DNA from: Candidatus Micrarchaeota archaeon
GTDB lineage: Archaea > Micrarchaeota > Micrarchaeia > Micrarchaeales > CABMGC01
Length of the DNA stretch: 64,000 nt
Direction of reading: 5' to 3'
NCBI GenBank assembly: GCA_021818995.1
Contig: JAKASP010000002.1
Span: forward strand, 15,689-79,688
The notes beneath the pieces are model-generated. The model was not told the origin of the DNA, made no database searches, and worked only from the letters and a program-made list of their open reading frames with translations. This document shows positions 16,561-26,394 of this stretch, in pieces. Positions within the stretch are counted from its first letter, which is position 1. Every line of letters starts with the position of its first letter. The translations under genes and the position numbers were made by a program.

Positions 16561-17742
16561 TCAGTTAACCGCCTGTTTTGAGACCAAAAGATCGTAAGTC
16601 TTTAGCAACTCGTCAGTTACGCGGTCCGTTGAGTAGTTGCTTGCAGTCTCGACCGCGTGCTTCGTATAGGAATCCTTGTTATTTAAAGCCTTTTCTATCT
16701 TCCTCGCGCAGTCAGCATAGTCCAGCGACCTGAATTTCTCCCCGTTCTTTCCGCTCTTTATCAGATCCTTCAGCGCAAGGTCGTCGGATCCCACGACCGG
16801 CTTGCCCGATGCCATTGCCTCTATGGCCACTATGCCCTGCGTCTCGAACTTGTGCGATGGCAGGCAGAGGAGGTCGCTTGCGGCATAGACTCTGGGCAGG
16901 TTGCTGTGATCCACAAACCCAAGGAAGACAACCTTGTCTCCTATGCCCAGCCTGCTCGCAAGCCTCTTTATCGCATCGAGCTGGGGTCCAGCGCCAGCGA
17001 TTACGAACTTCAGGTTGCTCCTCCTCTTCAGCAGCAGCTTCGCTGCCTTGAGCATCACGTCTACGCGCTTCTCCTTGCTTATCCTGCCCACGTAAAGCAC
17101 GACCTGCTCCCTCTCCCTTATGCCGAGCCTCTTCCTTATTCTGGAGCCGCCCACGTTGGGGTTGAACTTCTTCGTGTCGACGCTGTTCGGGACAACGGCT
17201 ATCTCGTTTATCTGGTGCCTCCGCAGTATTGAGGCCACGGCGTTCGACGGCGCTATCGTCACGTCGCATGACTTGTAGAAGAACTTCGCGTACTTCCACA
17301 GGTATGTGGAGTAGAAATTCCTGAGCGACCTGTTCTTTGGATAGTAGACGCTGAGCGAGCTGCTGTTTATCATCGTGTGGAACGTGCCTGCCAGCGGATA
17401 GTTGCCCAGCTTCGCGGCTAGCAAACCCGTGAACCCCATCATGAACGGGGTCTGCGCGTGCACTATGTCTATGTCGAGCTTCTTCAGCTGCATCGGCATT
17501 GATGAATAGTATGGGAATAGGGCAACGCTGTACTGCGGGTACGGCTTGAACTTCAGTCCCGTGTGCAGGAAGACGTCCTTGGCCTCGTACTTCTTCTTGT
17601 CCTTCATCTGCGCGCTGGCGAAGATGTAGACCCTGTGCCCCTTCCTCTCCAGCCCGCGCTTGAACTCGAGCATGGATGTGACGACGCCGTCAACAGCAGG
17701 AAGATAGCTATCAGAATAAAAAGCAATGTTCAGCTTACGCAT
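16561..17742 (-). CDS. GT4 (GT-B) glycosyltransferase
   Basis: N-terminus IAFYSDSYLPAVDGV and a C-terminal E-x7-E region (FETQGIVAIEAMASGKPVV). Confidence 0.9.
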   Translation of the reverse strand: MRKLNIAFYSDSYLPAVDGVVTSMLEFKRGLERKGHRVYIFASAQMKDKKKYEAKDVFLHTGLKFKPYPQYSVALFPYYSSMPMQLKKLDIDIVHAQTPFMMGFTGLLAAKLGNYPLAGTFHTMINSSSLSVYYPKNRSLRNFYSTYLWKYAKFFYKSCDVTIAPSNAVASILRRHQINEIAVVPNSVDTKKFNPNVGGSRIRKRLGIREREQVVLYVGRISKEKRVDVMLKAAKLLLKRRSNLKFVIAGAGPQLDAIKRLASRLGIGDKVVFLGFVDHSNLPRVYAASDLLCLPSHKFETQGIVAIEAMASGKPVVGSDDLALKDLIKSGKNGEKFRSLDYADCARKIEKALNNKDSYTKHAVETASNYSTDRVTDELLKTYDLLVSKQAVN

Positions 17743-17752
17743 TGAAAAACAC

Positions 17753-18148
17753 TCAGAACCGTACCGCTTCCCCTCCGGCCCGCTTTATCTTCTCCTCTGC
17801 GCTCTTTGAGAAGCCGCTTGCCTTCACCACAACAGGCTTCGCAAGCTTGCCGTCGCCGAGCACCTTGTAGCCCTTCAGCTCTATCGTCGGCTTCGCATCC
17901 TGCATGCCCGCTGCCCTCTTTGAGATCGCGTTAAGGTCTATTATATCGAGTGATTTCCTGTTCCACGGGGCGAAGCCCTTGTGCACCAGGCTCTCCCTCT
18001 CGTATACCAGCAGGTACGTCATCTTGTGCTTCCTTCCGCCCTTCCCAACGCCGCCGCGGTCGCCCGCGCCCCTTGCATTCTTTATGTTGCCGGCGCCCCA
18101 TCTCCTTCCGCCGAGGTACTTCCTCCTCTTCTTTATCCTTAGAACCAT
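17753..18148 (-). CDS. rpl15: Ribosomal protein uL15
   Basis: RKYLGGRRWGAGNIKNARGAGDRGGVGKGG glycine/basic N-terminus. 131 aa. Confidence 0.95.
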   Translation of the reverse strand: MVLRIKKRRKYLGGRRWGAGNIKNARGAGDRGGVGKGGRKHKMTYLLVYERESLVHKGFAPWNRKSLDIIDLNAISKRAAGMQDAKPTIELKGYKVLGDGKLAKPVVVKASGFSKSAEEKIKRAGGEAVRF

Positions 18149-18152
18149 GAGA

Positions 18153-18587
18153 TCACAGCATCCTTTCTATCAGCTTGTTTATGCCCTCGCTCCTGTATCC
18201 CAGGGCGCCGCCGCTGTTGTACGCGAGCTTTATGCCCTCGTAGCCGCGCTTCGGGGGATGCATCCTTATCGGCATCTCTATCTTGAGCTCCTTGGGCGAT
18301 GCGCTTCCAGAGATGAGGGAGCTCGCTGCCGATTCGTCCACCTTCACTCCCTTTGCCGCGAGCAGCTTTGCGAGCGTATCCTTGTCTATCTCGCCGAACG
18401 TGACGAAGTCCTTGCACTTGTTGACCATGCCTGCGTATGAGGCATTGGCAGAGTTCACAAGCACGAGGTTGTTCACCCTCTTCAGGTTCAGCCTGTCCAG
18501 CGTCTCTGCTATGCTTTGCCTGACCTTTACGCGCCCCCGCACTCTTATGACTGCGAGTAGCTTGCTTTTTTCTGCCATGTAGGACAC
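18153..18587 (-). CDS. rpl30: Ribosomal protein uL30
   Basis: LLAVIRVRGRVKVRQSIAETLDRLNLKRVNN. 144 aa, immediately upstream of uL15. Confidence 0.95.
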   Translation of the reverse strand: MSYMAEKSKLLAVIRVRGRVKVRQSIAETLDRLNLKRVNNLVLVNSANASYAGMVNKCKDFVTFGEIDKDTLAKLLAAKGVKVDESAASSLISGSASPKELKIEMPIRMHPPKRGYEGIKLAYNSGGALGYRSEGINKLIERML

Positions 18588-18705
18588 GCGATTACATATT
18601 GTTCTGCAAAGCTTATAAGGGTATCATGCCCTCTTACCGCTTCTAAGAATAAATGAAAGTATAAGGTTTTATAACTTGTTTCCTTATCCTAACTAGGTCA
18701 ACATA

Positions 18706-19479
18706 ATGAGGGCATCGCTCGCGTTCGCCGCTTTTCTCGTATTGGGCATGCTTGCGAGCGGAAGCGTAAGCGCTTACTTCAACGCCACATACCTCTCGAC
18801 CACTGTCTTCCTGAAGAACTCGACCACCGCGCACGTTGTAGAGGGAGTGCAGGTGTACATAAGCAACTCCTCGATAAGCACGTACAACCAGGACAGGCAG
18901 GCGTTCAACCTCTCGCTTGGCAGCTGGCAGAGGGCGCTGGGCGGATCCCCGTACCTGACGCAGCACATACTTAACCCGAAGTCCAGCATAAGCAACTTCA
19001 CCTTCCTTCCCGGCCCGATAACCCCGGCGAGCAACGGCGGGGGCTACGCTTCATTGACTATGAGCTACGACGCGAGCAACGTCACGAGCGTGGTTAGCGT
19101 CGCGCCGCGGCAGTTCGAGTACACGCTCAACAACAGCGTCTTCAACTTCGTGCACACGGCCAGCGGCCAGTCGCTGCTCCCGAGCGCAAGGCTCACGATA
19201 TTGGTGCCGAACGGGACGCAGGTAGTCACCATATACCCGCTTCCAGACTTCCCCCAGCCAAACCAGTTCGGCAAGTACTCCGGCACCAGCTTCTCCTGGT
19301 ATTCTGGCGAGCCGCTCCAGAACTTCAACTTCGTCTACATAACCACGCAGACTCCGGAGCAGGAGGTCGTGCAGTTCTTCAACTACGTATACGACAACTA
19401 CTCTGCGCTTGTCTACGCGCTCGTCGTGCTGGCCGTGGCAGCGATCGCAGCGTACATCTACTTCAGGTTCTTCAGGTGA
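18706..19479 (+). CDS. Secreted glycoprotein with signal peptide and C-terminal TM anchor
   Basis: N-terminal hydrophobic signal (FLVLGMLASGSVSA), many NxS/T sequons, and a C-terminal TM plus FRFFR. Its stop overlaps the pheS GTG start (GTGA). Confidence 0.7.
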   Translation: MRASLAFAAFLVLGMLASGSVSAYFNATYLSTTVFLKNSTTAHVVEGVQVYISNSSISTYNQDRQAFNLSLGSWQRALGGSPYLTQHILNPKSSISNFTFLPGPITPASNGGGYASLTMSYDASNVTSVVSVAPRQFEYTLNNSVFNFVHTASGQSLLPSARLTILVPNGTQVVTIYPLPDFPQPNQFGKYSGTSFSWYSGEPLQNFNFVYITTQTPEQEVVQFFNYVYDNYSALVYALVVLAVAAIAAYIYFRFFR

Positions 19480-20957
19480 ATCCATTGCATAGGCACGAGC
19501 TATCTGTGCTGAGCGCACTAAAGGAAAAGAAGAGGCTTAGCCTGGACAGGCTGCTGGCCGAGTCGGGGCTCGGGAGGGACGAGGCGCTCTGGGCGATAGG
19601 CAACCTGGCCTCGCAGGGGCTTGTGAAGGCCGAGAGGTCGGGCGGCTATGAGGTCAGGATCAGCGCCGAGGGCGAAGGTTATGTCAAGAACGGCCTGCCG
19701 GAATCGCTGCTTCTGAAGAAGGTAGGGGAGAAGGGAATAGAGCTCTCGGGCTTGGGAAGCAAGGAGGACCAGATCGGTTTCAGCTGGGCGAAGAGGAAGG
19801 GGCTTGTTGAGGTATCTGGAAAGAGGCTCAAGCTCACGGGCTCAGGAAAGCGCGCCGCCAAGGAAGGGATCGGGACTGAGTCTGTACTCAGGGCCTTAAG
19901 CAAGAACCCGGACTCGTACGCACAGTACAGGGACGGCGAGGCCACAAAGGAGCTGGAGCAGAGGAAGCTCATCGAGGTTAAATCGCACGAGAGCGTGAGC
20001 GAGATAGAGATAACGCACCAGGGAGTCCTCGCGCTTGCTAAGGAGAAGCAGACCGAGGAGGCGATAGAGAGCCTGGACAGGAGGATGATAAAGAGCAGGT
20101 CGTGGGCAGGCAAGAGGTTCACGCCGTACAACGTGAAAGCGCCGGTCGAGCCGGCGGTCGTGGCATCGCGGCATCCGCTCAGGAAGACAATAGACGAGAT
20201 ACGGCAGGCTTACGTGGGTCTCGGTTTCACAGAAGTTAGCGGGCCGATAATAGAGCCCGCGTTCTGGGTCTTCGACTACCTCTTCGTGCCGCAGGACCAT
20301 CCCGCCAGGGACGTTCAGGACACCTTCTTCCTAGGCAGGCCGAAGGAGATTCAGGTAGAGGACAGGTCGCTGGTCGAACGAGTGATGAAGGAGCACGAGA
20401 CCGCTTGGCACGGCGAATGGTCGAGGCAGGTGGCGATGCAGGCGGTTGCGAGGACGCACACAACGAGCGTGAGCGGCAGGTACATCAACAAGATAATCGG
20501 CGAGATGAACGCGGGCAAGAAGTACGAGCTTCCGATAAAGCTCTTCACGGTCGGCAGGAACCTGAGAAACGAGACGATAGACCCGAAGCACACAGCGGAC
20601 TTCTACCAGCACGACGGCATCGTGATAGGCAAGGGCCTCACGCTTGCGAACCTCTTCGACATACTGATCAAGCTCTACAAGGGAATGGGGATAGGGAACC
20701 TGAGGTTCAAGCCGATGTACTATCCGTTCGTGGAGCCCGGGGTGCAACTGTTGGGAAAGCACGGTGACGAGTGGGTCGAGCTGGGCGGAGCCGGGATAAT
20801 CAGGAAGGAGATAACAGGCATAGAGAGGAGCAAGGTGAACGTGCTCGCATGGGGACCTGGCGTGGAGCGCATTCTGCTTGTCAAGAAGGAGATCGAGAGC
20901 ATAGCTGAGCTATACGGTTCGAGCGTTGGCTGGCTGAGGAAGATGCAGGGTGTTTGA
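19476..20957 (+). CDS. pheS: Phenylalanyl-tRNA synthetase alpha subunit
   Basis: 493 aa with archaeal PheRS-alpha architecture (N-terminal wHTH repeats plus class II core). It is followed immediately by the beta subunit. Confidence 0.95.
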   Translation: MNPLHRHELSVLSALKEKKRLSLDRLLAESGLGRDEALWAIGNLASQGLVKAERSGGYEVRISAEGEGYVKNGLPESLLLKKVGEKGIELSGLGSKEDQIGFSWAKRKGLVEVSGKRLKLTGSGKRAAKEGIGTESVLRALSKNPDSYAQYRDGEATKELEQRKLIEVKSHESVSEIEITHQGVLALAKEKQTEEAIESLDRRMIKSRSWAGKRFTPYNVKAPVEPAVVASRHPLRKTIDEIRQAYVGLGFTEVSGPIIEPAFWVFDYLFVPQDHPARDVQDTFFLGRPKEIQVEDRSLVERVMKEHETAWHGEWSRQVAMQAVARTHTTSVSGRYINKIIGEMNAGKKYELPIKLFTVGRNLRNETIDPKHTADFYQHDGIVIGKGLTLANLFDILIKLYKGMGIGNLRFKPMYYPFVEPGVQLLGKHGDEWVELGGAGIIRKEITGIERSKVNVLAWGPGVERILLVKKEIESIAELYGSSVGWLRKMQGV

Positions 20958-22649
20958 ATGCCGGTGACGATACACAACAAGAGGTACATGCTCAAGCTCC
21001 TGGGCTTCAAGATAGACGACAAGGAACTGGTTAGGAACATCGAGAACATGGGGCCGAACGTGAAGAGGATAGACTCAAAGGAAGTGGAGGTAGAGTATCC
21101 GGCCAACAGGCCGGACATGATCAGCACGCTGGGCCTGGCCCGCGCTGTCAGGTACTACATGAGGAAGAGCAGGGACTTCAAGTACGAGATAAAGCAGGGG
21201 AGCGAGATCGCAATAAGCGTTGGCAACCACGTCTCTGGAATAAGGCCGTACATAGCCGCTCTTGTCGTCGACAATATGCAGTTGGGCGAAGACGACCTTC
21301 TCGACATTATAAACTTCACAGAGAAGCTCAGCAACACGTACGGGAGGCAGAGAACAAGGATAGCGCTTGGTCTGCACGACATGAAGGACGTAAAGGGTCC
21401 GCTCACCTACGACGCATACGAGGACGAGGAGTTCGTGCCGCTCGGCTCCAAGGCCAAGATGAAGTACAGCAGCGTGATAAACAGCGATAGGAGGGGCAGG
21501 AAGTACGTGGGCCTGTGCAAGTCAGGTGACAGGTACGTGGCCCTGAAGGACAAGAAGGGCACGATGTCGCTCATCCCGATCATAAACTCGGAGAGGACCA
21601 GGGTCTCGGCGGAGACGAAGCGCATGCTTGTCGACATAACCGGAGGCACGAGGGAGATAATAGAACGCGTGGCAGATCTTCTCGCTGCGGACTTCATGGA
21701 CAGGGGATTCGCGGTGGGCAGAGTGGAGATAAGGTACAGGGAGAGCAGCCGAAGCCTGCCGAAGATGCAGAGCCAGCAGTTCAGCATACCGCTCAAGCAG
21801 CTAGACGATGAGATCGGGGTAGCTATAGGCTTCAACAACGCGATCGTGCTCGCGAACAAGATGGGGCACGAGGCGGCGCTGGTTGGTAGAAACATACGCG
21901 TGACAGCGCCCGCATACAGGCTGGACGTGATAAACGAGCAGGACATAATAGAGGACATAGCCGTGGGGTACGGCTACGACTACATACAGCCGGTGCCGGT
22001 AGCCTCGGCCGCGATGGGCCAGCTCGAGGAGAAGAGCAGAGTGAACAACGCGGCCAGGGACGCGATGACTGGCCTGGGCTTCGAGGAGGCGATGAACTCC
22101 TACCTGACAAACGAGGAGACAAACTTCACGAAGATGCGCCATGCGAAGGAGAGCGAGTACATTAACATCATAAACCCGAGATCCGGGCTTGCGACGATGC
22201 TGCGCACGTGGGTGCTGCCGTCGCTGCTGAAGCAGCTAGGGCAATCGATGCACGACAGCTTCCCGCTCAGGATCTTCGAGCTCGACATGACCTTCGGGAT
22301 AGAGAGGAATGTGCCGCGCGAGACGTACCACCTTGCAGCTGTGTCGTGCCACTCGCAGGCGAACTTCAACGAGGCGAAGGCATCGCTCGAGGGGCTGATG
22401 CAGAGCCTTGGAGCTGAGTGCGAGGTAGTAGAAGGCGAGAACAGGAGCATGATAGAGGGAAGATGCGCAACTGTCGTAGTGGGCAAAAGGAATATAGGCT
22501 TTTTGGGAGAAGTACATCCTGAAGTTTTGACCAGTTTCGGTATCGAGGAGCCTGTTGTGGGCTTTGAGATAGACCTCACAGGATGGTTGGACGCAGCTTA
22601 CGGCAAAAGTGGTGCTAACTTGGCGGGAGACGCCGGTAGACAGAGCTAA
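20958..22649 (+). CDS. pheT: Phenylalanyl-tRNA synthetase beta subunit
   Basis: 563 aa with B3/4 and B5 domain-like sequence. ATG directly abuts the pheS stop. Confidence 0.95.
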   Translation: MPVTIHNKRYMLKLLGFKIDDKELVRNIENMGPNVKRIDSKEVEVEYPANRPDMISTLGLARAVRYYMRKSRDFKYEIKQGSEIAISVGNHVSGIRPYIAALVVDNMQLGEDDLLDIINFTEKLSNTYGRQRTRIALGLHDMKDVKGPLTYDAYEDEEFVPLGSKAKMKYSSVINSDRRGRKYVGLCKSGDRYVALKDKKGTMSLIPIINSERTRVSAETKRMLVDITGGTREIIERVADLLAADFMDRGFAVGRVEIRYRESSRSLPKMQSQQFSIPLKQLDDEIGVAIGFNNAIVLANKMGHEAALVGRNIRVTAPAYRLDVINEQDIIEDIAVGYGYDYIQPVPVASAAMGQLEEKSRVNNAARDAMTGLGFEEAMNSYLTNEETNFTKMRHAKESEYINIINPRSGLATMLRTWVLPSLLKQLGQSMHDSFPLRIFELDMTFGIERNVPRETYHLAAVSCHSQANFNEAKASLEGLMQSLGAECEVVEGENRSMIEGRCATVVVGKRNIGFLGEVHPEVLTSFGIEEPVVGFEIDLTGWLDAAYGKSGANLAGDAGRQS

Positions 22650-22698
22650 TTCTGGGATCTTCCTTGACCTCAAGCTTGAAAGGGAGAGCGTGCTCGCG

Positions 22699-23094
22699 AT
22701 GGAGCCGTTCGCAAACGTTGTCAGGCTTGCGAAACCGGCGCATGTGGTGCAGTCGTCAGACGCAAGCATAGGAGACAGGAACTGCCTGCTGCACAAGGAG
22801 ACTGGAGACATGCTGAAGCGCACTGTGATAGAGGACATCGTGTACGTGGAACGCAACGTACCGAACATTTTTGTAAACGGGAAGATGATGGAAGAGAGGC
22901 GGATGTCGGAGTACGTTTTCGTTCGCAAGGACATAGCCGAGAGCCTCCGTATCGAATCCGGGGAGAGCGTGAGCCTGATACCAGACCGGAGGTACACCAT
23001 GAATGATGAGAACAACGCTAGGGAGGTGCCTGTGAGTATAAGATCTTTCGTGGTAGATCCGCCGAGGTTCGACAGCGGGATATTCAGGAACTAA
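22699..23094 (+). CDS. Hypothetical protein
   Basis: ORF downstream of pheT with protein-like composition. No motif recognised and the start is uncertain (track start 22609 overlaps pheT). Confidence 0.45.
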   Translation: MEPFANVVRLAKPAHVVQSSDASIGDRNCLLHKETGDMLKRTVIEDIVYVERNVPNIFVNGKMMEERRMSEYVFVRKDIAESLRIESGESVSLIPDRRYTMNDENNAREVPVSIRSFVVDPPRFDSGIFRN

Positions 23095-24302
23095 GAGGCT
23101 GTGAGAAATTCTATCTCTTCCTTTTCGAGCTTGAAGTCGTTCTCCAGCGAGTCGGTCAGCGTTTCCTTCTTCTCATCTGCCATATTTCCGAAGAGGTTCT
23201 TGAAGAGCGGCAGGTATGAGCTTATTATCTCGTGCCTGTTCGTGTGCAGGTACGGCGACAGCTTCATCGCTATCCTGCTCTGCATCCCCCTCGCTTCCTT
23301 GGTCACGCTGAGGTACTTGACCTTTGAGGGAAAGGCGTAGGGGCTCACGTACTTCATGTTGCCCCCGCTCGATATCGACACGCCGGCTATGCCAGAATTG
23401 GAGTACTTGATGTAGCCGTAGTAGCGCATGCGTTCCGCCATCTCGAAGAATCTGCTCGCGAACGAGAGATGGTCGTAGGCGAGGTCTATGGACTGCTTGA
23501 CCCAGTACCTGTTGGGTATGTTCTCATCGACCCAGTTTATCAGCATGTCAACGTCGATGTCGCTGCTCTCGATGGCCGTCTTCGCGTTTGCGAAGCTGTT
23601 CGTCATGAAGATGCGGTCAAGAACGCGGAATACCTCAAGTTTCCTGTTTCTCACGACCAGGTTGTCTATTATGTCGTTGCCGCCCATCAGGACCATCTGC
23701 AGGTCGTTGAGCGCAGCGCGCACGTCGCCGTCGCTCCTGTACGCGATTTCGCGGAGGGCGCCCTCCTCGGCTTCCTGCTTTTCGGCCTTGACTATCCCGC
23801 GCATGTACGCGATTATCTCCTTTATCTCGACTTTCTTGAACTCCGCACGCTCAACGTGGTTCCTGAGGAAGCTAATGCGCTGGTCCCAGAAATCGCTGGC
23901 CGTGAATGCGATGGGCTGCCTGCTCTCCCTCAACATCTGCAAGATAACGCTCTCCGCGCCCTTGTCGAACCTGCTCGACAGTTCGTCTATCTCATCGAAG
24001 AGTATCAGCGTGGTGTTCGAGAAAAGTCCTCTCGTCTTTGCTGCCGGGAGCAGCTTCTTCCTTAGCGTCTCCGCATCGCGGTAGTCGCTCGACGTGAGCT
24101 CAAGCATTTCGAAACCATTCTCGTTGGCTAGCGCGCGGATCGACGCGGTCTTGCCAGTTCCGCTCGGGCCATAGACCATTATTGGCTTAGGTCTCTTGCC
24201 AGATTTTATGTCAGCGCCGAACTGTCTGAGCTTCTCAACGCTAAGCCTGTTGCCTATCAGCTCCTTGAGCGTATGCGGAGTATATTTTTCGTAAAGAAGC
24301 AT
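23091..24302 (-). CDS. rfcL: Replication factor C large subunit
   Basis: YEKYTPHTLKELIGN, Walker A GPSGTGKT, DEIDEL. 403 aa. Confidence 0.9.
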   Translation of the reverse strand: MLLYEKYTPHTLKELIGNRLSVEKLRQFGADIKSGKRPKPIMVYGPSGTGKTASIRALANENGFEMLELTSSDYRDAETLRKKLLPAAKTRGLFSNTTLILFDEIDELSSRFDKGAESVILQMLRESRQPIAFTASDFWDQRISFLRNHVERAEFKKVEIKEIIAYMRGIVKAEKQEAEEGALREIAYRSDGDVRAALNDLQMVLMGGNDIIDNLVVRNRKLEVFRVLDRIFMTNSFANAKTAIESSDIDVDMLINWVDENIPNRYWVKQSIDLAYDHLSFASRFFEMAERMRYYGYIKYSNSGIAGVSISSGGNMKYVSPYAFPSKVKYLSVTKEARGMQSRIAMKLSPYLHTNRHEIISSYLPLFKNLFGNMADEKKETLTDSLENDFKLEKEEIEFLTAS

Positions 24303-24355
24303 AGGAACACGCGGCAGTGATATTAATATATTGAGAAAAGAATCTATAAAAACGT

Positions 24356-24430
24356 GCTCCGATCGTCTAGTCCGGTCAAGGACGCAGGCCTCTCAAGTCT
24401 GCAACCCGGGTTCAAATCCCGGTCGGAGCA
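24356..24430 (+). tRNA. tRNA-Glu(CUC)
   Basis: Acceptor GCTCCGA/TCGGAGC, anticodon loop CTCTCAA, T-arm CCGGG-TTCAAAT-CCCGG. 75 nt. Confidence 0.9.
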
Positions 24431-24431
24431 C

Positions 24432-25739
24432 CTATTTCTTGTGGTTTGTAGTTACGTAGATTAGAGCACCAGAGAGAGGAAGCGCGAGGCCCAGCGCTGC
24501 GCTGGAAACGCTGAATTGTGTAAGCAGCAGCAGGCACGAAGTGGTGCCGAGCACGGCGGTAACAGAAACCCATCCTATGTTGAGCGGCGCTTTGAATGGC
24601 CTGTGCACATCGGGGGCGATACGCCTTATGTTAAGCAGCGCGATGTTTATCATTGCGAACGCGATAAGGGATCCAAAACTCGTTATCTCTGCTATTATGT
24701 CGACTTTCCCCAAAGGCAGGAATATGGCGGCTCCGAAGAGCGTGAGCAACGAAGCCATTGTTGGAGTGTTCGTATTCCTGCTAACCTTTCCTATAATTCT
24801 CGGAAGGACACCTTCGCGCCCCATGCCGTATATGATCCTGGACGCCGTTATCAGGAGCACTAGAACGGTGTTGAACGTGGTGAGGAGGGCAACGGCGGTC
24901 AAAACGTCGAAAGCGACAGGCCCCAGGCCTGCCGAGGCGGCCAGGGCCAGGGGCGCGTTAGAGGCCGCGAGCTCTTGTGGCGGAACCAAGCTTACTGCGG
25001 TAAGACCGACAAGCACATAGAGCACGGCGGTGAGCACGATTGAAATCACAAATCCGCGAGGGAGCGTTTTGTGAGGATCTTTTGTTTCTTCCCCCAGGTT
25101 TGCTATGTTATCGAATCCGATAAATGCGAAGAAAACAAGTATTGCTGCTCCGGTTATGCCTTCGAATCCATTCGGGGCAGAAAGCAGAGCGGTAGTTCCA
25201 ATATGCGGTGCGCCGGTAACTATCACAATCAAAAGACCCACGATTGCGATGGAACTTAGTATGATGTTAAGCCTAAGGGCGTACTTGACGCCTTTCATTG
25301 AGATTATTGAAAGTGTGGACAGGAGAACGGCGGCTACGAGTATACTGGGCGAGGGCAGAATGCTCTGGAAATAGTCAGCAAACCCTAGAGAAACCGCTGC
25401 GGCAGCGACAATTTCTGTGGCGAGCATCATCCATTGGACCAAGAATGACCAGAACTTGCCTCCGTTTGCTTTTTTCATGTACACATATTCAGATGCATCT
25501 CTAGGGTACATTGATGAGAGTTCTGCATAAGATAGTCCTGTGAATAGGGCGACAACTGCGCCGATAAGGAAAGCGAGCCACAAGGCGCCGCCAGCGAGTC
25601 CGGCGCCGTCCCCGACAAGCACATATATTCCTGCGCCAATTATGTTCCCGACTCCGTAAGCCACGATCTGGAGCAATCCGGCTTCACGCTTAAGGTGCGT
25701 ACCGCCTCCGGAATCCCTGTCCATGCGTTTCATTTCCAA
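24432..25739 (-). CDS. APC-family amino acid permease
   Basis: 435 aa, about 12 TM segments, N-terminal GVGNIIGAGIYVLVG signature. Confidence 0.9.
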   Translation of the reverse strand: MEMKRMDRDSGGGTHLKREAGLLQIVAYGVGNIIGAGIYVLVGDGAGLAGGALWLAFLIGAVVALFTGLSYAELSSMYPRDASEYVYMKKANGGKFWSFLVQWMMLATEIVAAAAVSLGFADYFQSILPSPSILVAAVLLSTLSIISMKGVKYALRLNIILSSIAIVGLLIVIVTGAPHIGTTALLSAPNGFEGITGAAILVFFAFIGFDNIANLGEETKDPHKTLPRGFVISIVLTAVLYVLVGLTAVSLVPPQELAASNAPLALAASAGLGPVAFDVLTAVALLTTFNTVLVLLITASRIIYGMGREGVLPRIIGKVSRNTNTPTMASLLTLFGAAIFLPLGKVDIIAEITSFGSLIAFAMINIALLNIRRIAPDVHRPFKAPLNIGWVSVTAVLGTTSCLLLLTQFSVSSAALGLALPLSGALIYVTTNHKK

Positions 25740-25783
25740 CGAGGGCTTTTAAGCTTTGGCTGGTTACTTTTATTGGGGGTTGA

Positions 25784-26182
25784 ATGCCAGAACACACTGG
25801 CAGAGAGCAGGAAATACTGCAAAGCCTACTGACGCAGGGAGAGAGCGTAGGGGTCCACATAGTTGAGAGGAGGCTGGGTGGCGCAAGAATACTCGAACCC
25901 GCGCATGCGTTCGCCACTAACAAAAGGATAATAATCATAAGACGTGGTATTTTCAGTTTCCATCAGGATTTCAAGATAATAAACTACAGCAACATAACAG
26001 AGATAATCCTGGAACACGGAATAAGGTACAGCAAGCTGCATTTTACACTGCAGGGAGAGGCATCAAACACAGCAGAGAAGAAGTGGCTCGTGGGGCTGGA
26101 GTATAGAGAGGCACTTGAGCTGGTGAAGTACGTTAACAGCATGGAGGAGAAGCCAGTTCAGGACACCAGGGCCACCACCTGA
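25784..26182 (+). CDS. Bacterial-type PH (bPH/YdbT-like) domain protein
   Basis: ATNKRIIIIRRGIFSFHQDFKIINYSNITEI fits the bPH strand pattern. The match is weak and by eye only. Confidence 0.5.
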   Translation: MPEHTGREQEILQSLLTQGESVGVHIVERRLGGARILEPAHAFATNKRIIIIRRGIFSFHQDFKIINYSNITEIILEHGIRYSKLHFTLQGEASNTAEKKWLVGLEYREALELVKYVNSMEEKPVQDTRATT

Positions 26183-26191
26183 ATTACGAGT

Positions 26192-26216
26192 TGCAATATA
26201 CTATTGCACGTTTTTC
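26192..26216 (+). terminator. Hairpin plus T-run after the PH-domain gene
   Basis: TGCAATA-TAC-TATTGCA (26192-26208) is followed by CGTTTTTCTCTT. A third TGCAATA copy lies at 26230-26236. Confidence 0.4.
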
Positions 26217-26394
26217 TCTTATACGGATTTGCAATAGGTTAGACGCTTGCTACTTCTTTTGCAGACCTGTATATAACATTATGGGCAAAAGAATATTGTG
26301 AAGGAAGGTATGGCCCAAGAGGTGTAAATTCTCCTTCCCAGGCGCAGTAACCCTGTCTGACTCGTGCGCCCTTCCTCCTGGGCCACCGCAATTT

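Noticed and set aside
26183-26394. 212-nt spacer inspected for an sRNA or small ORF (GGAAGG...CCTTCC complementarity, ATGGGCAAAAGAATATTGTGA mini-ORF).
   Set aside because: The mini-ORF is 6 codons. The complementary segments are short, and I recognised no conserved ncRNA motif. Only the hairpin plus T-run at 26192-26216 is reported, as a possible terminator.
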